Source: Candidatus Onthoplasma sp. (GTDB lineage: Bacteria; Bacillota; Clostridia; Christensenellales; UBA1242). From it: DNA of 28,401 nucleotides. Position numbers and translations under genes: made by a program. The notes under the pieces were generated by a model. That model had not been told where the DNA came from. It ran no database searches and saw only the letters and a program-made list of their open reading frames with translations. The stretch lies in assembly GCA_045120995.1 (NCBI GenBank), contig JBGVFL010000063.1, forward strand, positions 1-28,401. Reading direction: 5' to 3'. Below, in pieces: positions 8,003-17,355 of this stretch; position 1 is the stretch's first letter; the number at the start of each line of letters is the position of its first letter.

Positions 8003-9832
8003 TTAAAAGTTAATAACAGCCTTAATTCTTCTAACTCCAGCAGAAACCGCTTCTTGTTTTGCTATTTTAAAGTTAACAAGTTCGCTAGTATTGTTAGCGT
8101 GTGGTCCACCACAAATTTGGAAATCAACATCGCCAATTTTATAAACAGAAACAATTTCATCTTCTTCGGCTTTATGAATTCCATATCCGCCTTTATTTTT
8201 TGCCTCAGCAAAAGTCATTTCTAATCTTTCAACTGGAATAGAATTTTTAATTGCATTATTAACAAATTCTTCTAAGTCTTTAACTTCTTCATCTGTTAAT
8301 TTTCTATCAAAATTGAAGTCGAAACGAAGTCTTTCACTTGTTATATTGCTACCTTTTTGTTCAACTTGTGGCCCAAACATTTTTCTAAGTCCTGCAAGCA
8401 AGATGTGGTTTGCTGTGTGAAGGCGAGTTGTCCAAACACTGTCATCAGCAAGCCCACCTTTAAATGTTCCAGCACTAGCAGTTCTAGCAAGCTCTTGATG
8501 TTGGCGGAAAGCCTCATCAAAACCTACTTTGTCAACTTCATAACCTCTTTCGTTTGCCATTTCAATTGTCATTTCAATTGGGAAACCAAAAGTATCAAAA
8601 AGTCTAAATGCAGATTTTCCATTGATTACTTTTTCTTCAACATAATTTGGATTTGATTGCTTCATAAATTGATTTTTTCTTTCCAAACCATTTATAACTT
8701 TTTCAAATTCCTTATTACCTAAAGACAATGCTTTGTTAAACTTTTCTATTTCTCTATTTAATTCTGTTAAAATGAATTCTTCTTTCTCTAAAAGATAAGG
8801 GTAAGTCTCATTGTAGATGTTTTCAATAAACATTTTTGCAATGTTACCAATTTCATTTAAAGGTAAATTAATTTCGTTTGCATATCTAACAGCTCTACGA
8901 ATTAATCTTCTTAAAATATAACCAGCTCCAACATTGCTTGGTAATATTCCATTTTTATCTCCGATTAACATAACACTTGTTCTTGTATGGTCTGCAACAA
9001 TTCTCATCGCACGAGTTATTTTTTCATCAACACCGTATTCAATATTAATAACATTTTCTAAATGATTAATAACATCAATAAATAAATCTGTTTTATAAAC
9101 ATCTCCCGTGTTGTTTAAGAAAACTAGCAATCTTTCTAATCCCCAACCTGTGTCAACATTCTTTTGTTTTAAAGGAATATATTCATTATCCCCAATTCTT
9201 TCGTATTGCATAAATACGTCATTTCCAACTTCAACAAATCTTCCACAATCACAAGCGGGGCTACAATCTTTTGAACACGCTGGTTTATCTGTTATATAAA
9301 ACATTTCACTATCTGGCCCACAAGGTCCACGTTCTAATTCCCACCAATTTTCTTTTTTAGATAGGAAGAAAATATTCTCTTTTTTAATTCCACTTTCTTC
9401 TCTATATCTTGCAGTTTCCTCATCTTTTGGAACATCTTCATTTCCTTCAAAACATGTTACAGCAATGCGTTCTGGGTTAAACTTTAAAACTTGAGTTAAA
9501 AGTTCGTAGCTCCATTGAGTTCGTTCTTTTTTAAAATAATCTCCCAAGCTCCAACTTCCCAACATTTCAAAGAATGTGCAATGTGAGCTATCACCAACTT
9601 CTTCAATATCAACAGTTCTAACACAGCCTTGAACATTGCAAAGTCTTGTTCCCATTGGGTGTTTTTTACCTAATAAATAGGGCATTAATGGTTGCATTCC
9701 TGCAACATTAAACATAACACCTGTTGTTCCGTCTCCTATTAAAGAAACCGCTCCACAGTCAACGTGTCCTCTTTTTTTATAAAAATCAAGCCAAGCTTTT
9801 CTTAGTTCTTTACTTGTAAATTTAAATTTCAT
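8003..9832 (-). CDS. alaS: alanine--tRNA ligase, short form without C-Ala domain
   Basis: FNVAGMQP, FFEMLGSWSLGDYFK, VDTGWGLERL, GYILRRLIRRA; editing motifs HTANH and CGGPH; ends at GVRRIKAV. Confidence 0.95.
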   Translation of the reverse strand: MKFKFTSKELRKAWLDFYKKRGHVDCGAVSLIGDGTTGVMFNVAGMQPLMPYLLGKKHPMGTRLCNVQGCVRTVDIEEVGDSSHCTFFEMLGSWSLGDYFKKERTQWSYELLTQVLKFNPERIAVTCFEGNEDVPKDEETARYREESGIKKENIFFLSKKENWWELERGPCGPDSEMFYITDKPACSKDCSPACDCGRFVEVGNDVFMQYERIGDNEYIPLKQKNVDTGWGLERLLVFLNNTGDVYKTDLFIDVINHLENVINIEYGVDEKITRAMRIVADHTRTSVMLIGDKNGILPSNVGAGYILRRLIRRAVRYANEINLPLNEIGNIAKMFIENIYNETYPYLLEKEEFILTELNREIEKFNKALSLGNKEFEKVINGLERKNQFMKQSNPNYVEEKVINGKSAFRLFDTFGFPIEMTIEMANERGYEVDKVGFDEAFRQHQELARTASAGTFKGGLADDSVWTTRLHTANHILLAGLRKMFGPQVEQKGSNITSERLRFDFNFDRKLTDEEVKDLEEFVNNAIKNSIPVERLEMTFAEAKNKGGYGIHKAEEDEIVSVYKIGDVDFQICGGPHANNTSELVNFKIAKQEAVSAGVRRIKAVINF

Positions 9833-9843
9833 AATTTTTCCTT

Positions 9844-10515
9844 TTATAATGCACTTTCTATTTTACACTCTAGCCCTAAATTAGTCAAGATATCTTTATG
9901 AATTTCATCTATAGTTTTTATATCACCATTCTTTGTGCAATCAATAACAATCCAGTTGAATTTCTTAGCAACATAGTTTGCTTTTTCATAGGCATTAATT
10001 AAATGATTATCATCTTTTTCAAGAATATCTTTTTGTTCTCCATTTTTAAGTTCTGCTCTAGCCCTTGCAAGTTTCATACTAATCTCAACTGGAACATTCA
10101 AAAATAAGGTCTTATCGGGTTTTGGTAGAGCCAATTTCCCAAATTCAAAATCAGCAATCCAATTTAAGAATTCATCTAATTCCTTTTTATCTTGTATTCT
10201 GGTTGATTGATGAATCATATTGCTTGGAACATATCTATCAAATAACACAAAATCATAATCTTCAACATTAATTTTAGACATTGTTGCAAATCTATCAACA
10301 GCATAAAAAGCGCTGGCTTGATAACCATTTATATCGTTTGTGTTTTCACCAAACTCACCTCGCAAATACATTTTAACAAGTGTGCTAGATTCACTTTCAT
10401 AGTTTGGAAAACTAATCTTTTTTACCTTATAACCTTGTTTTACTAAATAATTATAAAGCAAGTCAGTTTGAGTTTTCTTTCCACAGCCATCAGTTCCTTC
10501 AATATCAATAATCAT
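9844..10515 (-). CDS. tmk: thymidylate kinase
   Basis: P-loop IEGTDGCGKKTQ, FDRYVPSN motif; SD GGAGG; promoter TTGAAT(10560-10555)-16-TGaTAAAAT(10538-10533). Confidence 0.9.
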   Translation of the reverse strand: MIIDIEGTDGCGKKTQTDLLYNYLVKQGYKVKKISFPNYESESSTLVKMYLRGEFGENTNDINGYQASAFYAVDRFATMSKINVEDYDFVLFDRYVPSNMIHQSTRIQDKKELDEFLNWIADFEFGKLALPKPDKTLFLNVPVEISMKLARARAELKNGEQKDILEKDDNHLINAYEKANYVAKKFNWIVIDCTKNGDIKTIDEIHKDILTNLGLECKIESAL

Positions 10516-10635
10516 AAATCCTCCGTTATTTTATTTTATCATAAATCAAATTTTATTCAAAACAATTAAGAGACGCATTAATTAATATTGACTAAGATTA
10601 TTGACAAATCAAATTTTAAATATTAATATATTAGT

Positions 10636-12153
10636 ATGAAGAAAGTTGGAAAGTATATAATTATAACATTATTACTATTATTAGGATTGTGTTGTGTTGG
10701 GGGACTATACTTATTTTTCGTGCCAAATTCAAGTCTTTTTAATATAACTTATATTAACTTGCATTCTCTGCAGAAAACAGCAAAGTTTTCAACTCATAAT
10801 ATCAGCAGTATTGAAGTTAATTCAAGATCTTACGACGTAGTAGTTCTTCCTCACTCTGAAGATGAAATTTATTTAGAAGTTAAATCAAGTTCGTTTGGGT
10901 TTGTATTAAAACAAAATAAACATACTAAAATTACTTATAAAATTAAAAACAATGTTTTAATATTTGATGTTACAGAACCTCATGGATTTGCAATCAAAAA
11001 CGATTCAGAAGTAAGACTTTATTTACCAAAAAAGCAAGCTTTTAACCTAAAACTTTCTAATAAAGATGCACAAACTGAAATAACAAATAAAGATATTTAC
11101 TTAAACGATTTTACGTATTCAACTAATAGTGGTGACCTATTATTAAAAAAATTATCTATTAACGGGAAACTAAATCTAAATCTTAATAAAAGCAAATGTG
11201 AGCTAGATTCTTCAGTTGTAACGAAATCAAATGAAGCTGAAACTTCTAATAATGTTGACTTAAGTTTAACCACTGGAAAATTTTATGCTAAAAATTCAAT
11301 TCTAAGAAATATAATAATAAAGAATAACAACAGAGGAACAATAATTTTAGGCGAATGCGCCGATATTGATGAATTCAAACCTTCAGCCGGAGGTCAGATT
11401 GTTGCAAAAAAAGTTATGCATATTAATGTTGATGCGAGCGACACAATCATTAACATCAATGAAAAAGCCCAACACGCAAATATTAATCTCACCGGATCTG
11501 GTAAAGTTTATATTGCAGAGCTAGAAGGTGATTCAAGAATTACAACAAATTCAGGGAACATAACAGTTAATAAATGTAAATCAAATTTAACTGCCTACAC
11601 AGATGAAGGTAATATAACCATCAAAAAAGCTTATAAAACAATTGCAACCAAAACACAATATGGAAACATTGATGTATCATTCAGCGAAGATGCGGAACAT
11701 TATTCAAAAACAGCTGAGTATCCTTCAAGAGTTTTACATGCAATTCTTCATAATGGAAAGCTAACAGCTAAAGGTGTTGAACATATAGGATTTAACAACT
11801 CCATAGTAAGCAAGGATTCTGAAGCCTCTAGTGGAATTGTTGTTACAGGAAACGGTAGAGTTCATTTAGAAATGAGTGATGTTTGCGGTGATAATAATAT
11901 TGTTGGAAAAAATGGAAGCGTATACGTTGTTGTAAATCATTTGTCGGTTTATAAATTAACAACAAATCCAACAACTCCAACAAAAGGAAATGTTAGAGTT
12001 AACCTAATGCAAGTTTCAAATTATTTTGGATATAGAACTAAGAGTGAAGTTATAACTTATGTAAATAGCACATCATCAAGCTACAATAATAACACTTTAA
12101 CAGTTTCAACCGAAAAAGGTGATTTAACATTGCTAGACACAAAATTATGCTAA
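10636..12153 (+). CDS. membrane-anchored protein with DUF4097-like (putative adhesin) beta-strand repeats
   Basis: N-terminal TM segment, then repeated T-x-SGNI-x-V type motifs (TNSGDL, TNSGNITV, TDEGNITI, TQYGNIDV, TEKGDLTL). Confidence 0.65.
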   Translation: MKKVGKYIIITLLLLLGLCCVGGLYLFFVPNSSLFNITYINLHSLQKTAKFSTHNISSIEVNSRSYDVVVLPHSEDEIYLEVKSSSFGFVLKQNKHTKITYKIKNNVLIFDVTEPHGFAIKNDSEVRLYLPKKQAFNLKLSNKDAQTEITNKDIYLNDFTYSTNSGDLLLKKLSINGKLNLNLNKSKCELDSSVVTKSNEAETSNNVDLSLTTGKFYAKNSILRNIIIKNNNRGTIILGECADIDEFKPSAGGQIVAKKVMHINVDASDTIININEKAQHANINLTGSGKVYIAELEGDSRITTNSGNITVNKCKSNLTAYTDEGNITIKKAYKTIATKTQYGNIDVSFSEDAEHYSKTAEYPSRVLHAILHNGKLTAKGVEHIGFNNSIVSKDSEASSGIVVTGNGRVHLEMSDVCGDNNIVGKNGSVYVVVNHLSVYKLTTNPTTPTKGNVRVNLMQVSNYFGYRTKSEVITYVNSTSSSYNNNTLTVSTEKGDLTLLDTKLC

Positions 12154-12180
12154 AAGGAAGAACTTAATCTTCCTTTTTTT
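12152..12180. terminator. bidirectional terminator overlapping two stop codons
   Basis: AAAAGGAAGA-6-TCTTCCTTTT(TTT) between the convergent DUF4097-like gene and cwlD. Confidence 0.8.
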
Positions 12181-12868
12181 AAATTGAAGTATTTCCTAGA
12201 TATAAAAGAACACCCCTTGTTATAGCCTCAACAAGTTGTTTTTTATAGGCAGAAGAATTTAATAATCTTTCCTCTTCTGCATTTGAAATAAAACCACATT
12301 CAATTAAAACAGATGTATAATAGCTACAGTTTAGCATATAGTAATCTCCTACTTTTCCACTCAAACTTCTTGCGCCACAGTAAGTTGCAATAGATTTTTG
12401 TATAATGTCAGCACATTGATTTCCAGATTTATCGCCTTTTCTATAATAGGTCATAGCTCCTTTTGCCGATTCGCTTTTAAAACTATTCATATGAATACTA
12501 ATAACCAAATTAGGATTTGCTTTCTTTATAATTTTGTAGCGAGCATTCATATCACTCGTTTTTTTATTTTTTGCAAATTCAGAATATAAACCATCGTCTG
12601 ATTTTCTTGTCAATATAACTTTATATCCTTGTTTAACCAAACTCTCTTTTAATAAAAGTACATATTCCAAATTAATCTCTTTCTCAATCGTTCCATTAAC
12701 ACCTATGCTTCCACCATCTCTTCCACCATGGCCAGCATCAAGAACAATAACATATCCGTTAAAGCGTGAAACGCTTAAATCAACCACCTTCGCATAACAA
12801 AAACTTAAAACAAACATTATCAAAAACAAGCATACAATAGCCTTATGTTTTTTCATATATTTAAACAT
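12179..12868 (-). CDS. cwlD: N-acetylmuramoyl-L-alanine amidase (Amidase_3, CwlD-like germination enzyme)
   Basis: VIVLDAGHGGRDGG, EKEINL, ISIHMN, SVLIECGFISN; signal sequence; KKTSDMNAR segment resembles CwlD. Confidence 0.8.
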   Translation of the reverse strand: MFKYMKKHKAIVCLFLIMFVLSFCYAKVVDLSVSRFNGYVIVLDAGHGGRDGGSIGVNGTIEKEINLEYVLLLKESLVKQGYKVILTRKSDDGLYSEFAKNKKTSDMNARYKIIKKANPNLVISIHMNSFKSESAKGAMTYYRKGDKSGNQCADIIQKSIATYCGARSLSGKVGDYYMLNCSYYTSVLIECGFISNAEEERLLNSSAYKKQLVEAITRGVLLYLGNTSI

Positions 12869-12946
12869 AATCTATTCTATTTTAAAATGAAAACTTAAAT
12901 ACCTAAACAAGCTCTGTTATTCAATAGAATTATGTCTTTTTTTGAG

Positions 12947-13024
12947 TTATACACACGAAAAATGTACTTTTCCACAGGATTTCCACAAGTTATCCACAGA
13001 GTTATCCACAGGCTGTGGATAACT
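12947..13024. promoter_or_regulatory. DnaA-box cluster (6 boxes) outside oriC
   Basis: TTATACACA 12947, TTTTCCACA 12968, ATTTCCACA 12979, TTATCCACA 12990, TTATCCACA 13002, TGTGGATAA 13014. Confidence 0.85.
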
Positions 13025-13106
13025 TTTAGGGCAACGAGAATGTATTTTTATTAAATTCGTGCATTTTTTATATTATATTTTTATCAAATATGATATAATA
13101 ATAATT

Positions 13107-14087
13107 ATGAATACTTATGATAACTTAGTGAAAATTAAAAACTCAAAATCCGTTTGTTTGATTTCTCATATAGAACCAGACCCAGATGCAATTTCAAGTA
13201 TGGTTGTTTTGAGAGACTTTTTAATGCAATATTTTGAAATAAAACAAGTAGACATATTTGCTGAATACTCAAACCTCTCTGATGGGTTGTTGGAAATTTT
13301 AGATGGGTTAGAAATTAATCCCGATAACAAAGATTACGATACAGCAATTATGCTTGATGCGCCAAATATAGATAGGTTAGGTTCTTTCAAAAACCTTTTT
13401 GAATCTGCAAATAATAAAATTGTAATTGACCACCACGCAACAAACAATTTTGCTGGAGACATTAACATCGTTGAGATTTGCAGTTCAACCTGTGAGATAA
13501 TTTATTCCATTTTAAAAGAGTTCAACTTTAATATCACAAAAGAAAATCAAGGCAAATTATATGCTGGAATAATAACAGATACAAATAATTTTACTGTTGG
13601 TGAGATAACCTCAAAAACATTCTCAATCGCAAGTGAGTTTACACAAACTATAAATAGAGATGAAATTTATAAAGCATTTCTAGCAAGTAACACCTTAAAA
13701 AATATGCAACTTTTATCTTTGGCAATTGAAAACATTAGCTCTTACGACCATAATCAAATTATAATAACTTACATATCAAACGAACATGCAAAAAAATACA
13801 ATACTTCACACGACGACTTTTGCGGCCTTGTAAATAAAATTGCCACAATTAACAGTTCAAAATTAGTATGTCTAATTGAACCACAGGAAGATTGCTTTTA
13901 TGTTAGTATGCGAGCTAAAAATGGTTACGACGTTTCAAATATTGCAAAATCGATGGGAGGCGGAGGTCACGTAGGTGCGGCAGCATTTACATCAACTTTA
14001 ACATTGAATGAAATTCAAGATTTAATTTTAATAAAATTTAGAGAAGAACTAAGAAAAAACACATTCAAAAAGTCAAAAATTTTCTAA
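13107..14087 (+). CDS. nrnA: DHH/DHHA1 phosphoesterase (NrnA-like nanoRNase/pAp phosphatase)
   Basis: SHIEPDPDA, MLDAP, VIDHH, GIITDT, GGGGHVGAA motifs. Start placed at ATG 13107, 7 nt after TGaTATAAT. Confidence 0.85.
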   Translation: MNTYDNLVKIKNSKSVCLISHIEPDPDAISSMVVLRDFLMQYFEIKQVDIFAEYSNLSDGLLEILDGLEINPDNKDYDTAIMLDAPNIDRLGSFKNLFESANNKIVIDHHATNNFAGDINIVEICSSTCEIIYSILKEFNFNITKENQGKLYAGIITDTNNFTVGEITSKTFSIASEFTQTINRDEIYKAFLASNTLKNMQLLSLAIENISSYDHNQIIITYISNEHAKKYNTSHDDFCGLVNKIATINSSKLVCLIEPQEDCFYVSMRAKNGYDVSNIAKSMGGGGHVGAAAFTSTLTLNEIQDLILIKFREELRKNTFKKSKIF

Positions 14088-14148
14088 CAAGCGCAAACAA
14101 ATAATCAAGGCGCCAAACACAAAAGCGCCACACAATAAATTATGCACC

Positions 14149-14178
14149 AAAAAAAACAGACGTTTAGTCTGTTTTTTT
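14149..14178. terminator. bidirectional terminator between nrnA and parB
   Basis: AAAAAAACAGAC-5-GTCTGTTTTTTT. Confidence 0.85.
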
Positions 14179-14184
14179 CTATTT

Positions 14185-15066
14185 TTATCTTAAAACAATA
14201 TCATAAATTCTATCTAAATCATCTTGTGAATAATAGTCAATATAGATTCTACCTTTCCTATCATTACCAATAACAGAAACTTTCGTTCCTAATTTTCTTT
14301 GCATTTCAGATATAAAATCTTGAAGTTCATCGCTAGGAAGTTTTGGTGATTTCTTTTTCTTTTTATTTCCCAATATAGCTTCTACTTCTTTTTCAAGATC
14401 TCTTACAGTTAATTTATCTTTCGCAACTTTTTTAGCTAGGATAATTTGTGTTGTGTAATCTTCTATTGAGGCTAAGATTTTTGCATGACCAAATGAAACC
14501 TTTCCTTTTTCAACCAAATCAATAACTTCAGGATATAAAGATAAAATTCTTAAAGAGTTCGCGATTGCAGAGCGCGACTTACCTAAGCGCTCAGCCACCT
14601 TTTCTTGCGTTAACCCATATTCTTCCATCAATTGCTTTATTCCTTTCGCAACTTCAACAGGGTTTAGGTCTTCTCTTTGTAGGTTTTCAATAATGGCAAT
14701 TTCTGCTATTTGTTTATTGCTATATGTCTTTACAATTGCATCAATTTCCCTTAATCCACAAATTTTGCAAGCTCTAAATCTTCTTTCACCGGCTATTACC
14801 ATATATCCATCTGGCATTTCATTTACAATAATTGGTTGTATTAAACCGTGAATTCTAATGCTTTCAGCCAATTCATTTAAACTATCCTTATCAAAATTCT
14901 TTCTTGGTTGATTTGGGTTTGTATAGATCTTGTTTAATTCAATTTTTTGAACATCACCCTGTCTCATATCATAAGCAGTAATAGATTTTTCTTTTTTTTC
15001 TGTTTTAACTTCTTCATCATAAACTTTTAATAAGCTGTCTAGACCTCTTCCTAGTCCCATTTTCAT
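14185..15066 (-). CDS. parB: ParB/Spo0J CTPase partition protein
   Basis: GLGRGLDSL (ParA-stimulating peptide), NPNQPRK, arginine patch GERRFRA, IENLQREDL, HTH TQEKVAERLGKSRSAIAN. Start at ATG 15066 after SD GGAGG. Confidence 0.96.
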   Translation of the reverse strand: MKMGLGRGLDSLLKVYDEEVKTEKKEKSITAYDMRQGDVQKIELNKIYTNPNQPRKNFDKDSLNELAESIRIHGLIQPIIVNEMPDGYMVIAGERRFRACKICGLREIDAIVKTYSNKQIAEIAIIENLQREDLNPVEVAKGIKQLMEEYGLTQEKVAERLGKSRSAIANSLRILSLYPEVIDLVEKGKVSFGHAKILASIEDYTTQIILAKKVAKDKLTVRDLEKEVEAILGNKKKKKSPKLPSDELQDFISEMQRKLGTKVSVIGNDRKGRIYIDYYSQDDLDRIYDIVLR

Positions 15067-15083
15067 ATATTTCCTCCAAAAAT

Positions 15084-15099
15084 TGTTCCACGTGGAACA
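15084..15099. promoter_or_regulatory. parS site 1
   Basis: Perfect palindrome TGTTCCACGTGGAACA, the Firmicutes parS consensus. Confidence 0.95.
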
Positions 15100-15188
15100 T
15101 TTACTATTATAATTATAAATTATTTCACCTATGCAAGTCAACTATTTATTATTAGTTTTTTTAAAACTGTCGGAATTTCACAATAAAA

Positions 15189-15204
15189 TGTTCCACGTGG
15201 AACA
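15189..15204. promoter_or_regulatory. parS site 2
   Basis: TGTTCCACGTGGAACA; the palindrome extends to 24 bp (15185-15208). Confidence 0.95.
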
Positions 15205-15429
15205 TTTTGTAAACAAAGCTGAAAATTATTGATTTTTTTAAAATAATAATAGTTGGTTATAAATTAAAACAGAACTTTTAAATACAACAACAAATATATA
15301 GGCATATTAGTTTGTTTTAATGGTATTGTAATATTGTTGAAAATAAAACAAAACAATATTGTTTCTCCAAAGATTGAATAATAAATATTAATATCTAAAA
15401 CTTATTATTTGAAGATAAAAATAAAAAAA

Positions 15430-15445
15430 TGTTCCACGTGGAACA
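15430..15445. promoter_or_regulatory. parS site 3
   Basis: TGTTCCACGTGGAACA; the palindrome extends to 26 bp (15425-15450). Confidence 0.95.
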
Positions 15446-15457
15446 TTTTTAAACAAT

Positions 15458-16219
15458 TTATTGTTTTCTTAGGAATTCTTCTGCCAAGTTTTTATAAGCA
15501 ACAGCTCCTTTACTTTTATTATCATATAAAACAATAGGTTTTCCGTGACTAGGACTTTCAGCCAAACGGATATTCCTTGGAATATATGTTTCATAGACCT
15601 TTGCTCCGAAATACTTTTTGATTTCTTCACTAACCTGAGAAACAAGATTGCTTCTGTTGTCTTTCATTGTTAACAACACGCCCTCTATCTCAATATTTGG
15701 ATTTAGTTGCATTTTAACTAGGCGCACAGTATTCATTAATTGACTTAATCCTACAAGCGCAAAATATTCGCATTGAATTGGAATAATTATTGAATCCGTT
15801 GCTGTTAAAACATTAACTGTTAATAATCCAAGTGAAGGCGGACAATCTATAAATATATAATCATATTCGTTCTTGACTGTTGCCAACGCTTCTTTTAAAA
15901 CTTTTTCTCTATTATCAATATAAACTAAATCAACTTCAGCTTCAGACAAATCAACTGTTGATGGAATAACATCAAGCCCTTTCATTACAGATGGATAAAT
16001 AGCGTCACGAACAGGAGCTTCTCCCAAAAGAACCTCATATATAGACTTTTGTTCCTTATTTATTTCAACGCCAACGCTTGAACAGGCATTCCCTTGAGGG
16101 TCAATATCAATCAAAAGAACCCTTTTACCAGCAGAAACAAGATACGCTGCTAAATTTACGCAACTAGTTGTTTTTCCTACGCCGCCTTTTTGATTAGTTA
16201 CTGCTACAATTTTTCCCAT
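15458..16219 (-). CDS. parA: ParA/Soj ATPase
   Basis: Deviant Walker A NQKGGVGKTT, IDIDPQGNA, DCPPSLGLLT, PIQCEYFAL, IPRNIRLAESPSHG. Start at ATG 16219 after GGAG. Confidence 0.96.
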   Translation of the reverse strand: MGKIVAVTNQKGGVGKTTSCVNLAAYLVSAGKRVLLIDIDPQGNACSSVGVEINKEQKSIYEVLLGEAPVRDAIYPSVMKGLDVIPSTVDLSEAEVDLVYIDNREKVLKEALATVKNEYDYIFIDCPPSLGLLTVNVLTATDSIIIPIQCEYFALVGLSQLMNTVRLVKMQLNPNIEIEGVLLTMKDNRSNLVSQVSEEIKKYFGAKVYETYIPRNIRLAESPSHGKPIVLYDNKSKGAVAYKNLAEEFLRKQ

Positions 16220-16403
16220 ATAATCTCCCACAATCATTTTAATATTTTTTTAAAATTTTTGCAATTAAATTTTGTTTAAAATATTATAATTTTCACTAAA
16301 AACACATTAAAAAGTGCTATTTTTATTGATTTTTGCAAAAAATTAGTTAAAAATTTGACTTAAATCATATATTGTTTTAATCTAATTGTATAGGAGAGAT
16401 ATT

Positions 16404-17057
16404 TTGACTGAATTTTTACACAACATTTTTGCAACAGTTTTCAACGATAATATTATTCTTGCAACAATATTAATTGCAATGATACCAATTATAGAAATTA
16501 GGGGAGCAATACCATTCGCTGTTAACACGGACATTTGGGGGCTTGCAGTTGCTATGAATAGATGGGAGGCTTTTGGCTGGAGTTTATTGGGAAGTTCCAT
16601 AATAGTCCCAATAATAGCCTTAGTTTTTCTACCATTAATTAATTGGCTTAAAAAAACAAAATTATTTTCAAAACTTGCAGTGGGATTTGAAAACAGAATA
16701 AAAAGCAAAACAACAAACATATCCAACACCGATGAAAAGAGCGGGCTTTTTAGCAAATCGTACTGGAAAAAAATGTTAGCAGTTTTCATTTTTGTAGCAA
16801 TTCCTTTACCTTTAACTGGGGTTTGGACAGGAACTTGTGTTGCAGTATTTATTGGGTTGGATTATATTTCATCGTGTTTAAGTGTAATAACAGGGAATAT
16901 TGTTGCGGGTCTTTTAATAACGTTAATTTTAGAGTTTTTCCCGTGGCTTAACAACTACTTAATATACATATTTTTACTTTTAGTCTGCATAATTTTAGCA
17001 ATAGAATTGATTAAATTTTTAAAGAATAAACATATGCGCTCAAAGAATGGACAGTAA
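16404..17057 (+). CDS. small multi-drug export family membrane protein (COG2426)
   Basis: IAMIPIIEIRGAIP and FVAIPLPLTGVWTG signatures, several TM helices; TTG start at 16404 after SD AGGAG. Confidence 0.8.
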   Translation: MTEFLHNIFATVFNDNIILATILIAMIPIIEIRGAIPFAVNTDIWGLAVAMNRWEAFGWSLLGSSIIVPIIALVFLPLINWLKKTKLFSKLAVGFENRIKSKTTNISNTDEKSGLFSKSYWKKMLAVFIFVAIPLPLTGVWTGTCVAVFIGLDYISSCLSVITGNIVAGLLITLILEFFPWLNNYLIYIFLLLVCIILAIELIKFLKNKHMRSKNGQ

Positions 17058-17083
17058 GTTTTATACTGCGCCATTCTTTTTTT
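17042..17083 (+). terminator. terminator overlapping the stop of the COG2426 gene
   Basis: AAAGAATGG...CCATTCTTT stem, inner CAGTA/TACTG pairing, T tract. Confidence 0.65.
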
Positions 17084-17133
17084 CTCTTAATAATCTTATT
17101 TGTAAAAATATTAAATTATTTTTATGTAAAGTC

Positions 17134-17162
17134 TTGCATTAAACAAATCTTTATGTTATAAT
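17134..17162 (+). promoter_or_regulatory. sigma-A promoter of tRNA-Arg
   Basis: TTGCAT-17-TGtTATAAT. Confidence 0.7.
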
Positions 17163-17184
17163 GAATTGCGTAAAAATATTATAT

Positions 17185-17261
17185 GCGTTCTTAGCTCAGC
17201 TGGATAGAGCGTTGGTCTACGGAACCAAAGGCCAGGGGTTCGAATCCCTTAGGACGCACCA
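17185..17261 (+). tRNA. tRNA-Arg(ACG)
   Basis: Cloverleaf: acceptor GCGTTCT/AGGACGC, D-arm GCTC/GAGC, anticodon arm TTGGT-ctACGga-ACCAA, T-loop TTCGAAT, encoded CCA. Confidence 0.97.
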
Positions 17262-17286
17262 AACAACTCAAATGGGTTGTTTTTTT
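17261..17286 (+). terminator. tRNA-Arg terminator
   Basis: AACAACTCA-aa-TGGGTTGTT followed by Ts. Confidence 0.75.
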
Positions 17287-17355
17287 GTTTCAAAATTTAA
17301 AAACGGTATTTACAATTATTAATAAGTGTGTTATTATATCGATAGGAGAAATTTT

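Noticed and set aside
12762-12776. Palindrome AAGCGT-gaa-ACGCTT inside cwlD
   Set aside because: Short, coding, not parS-like, and expected by chance.
15084-15445. CRISPR-like array from three identical palindromes
   Set aside because: The repeats are 16-bp parS consensus sites with irregular spacing (105 and 241 bp) and there are no cas genes.
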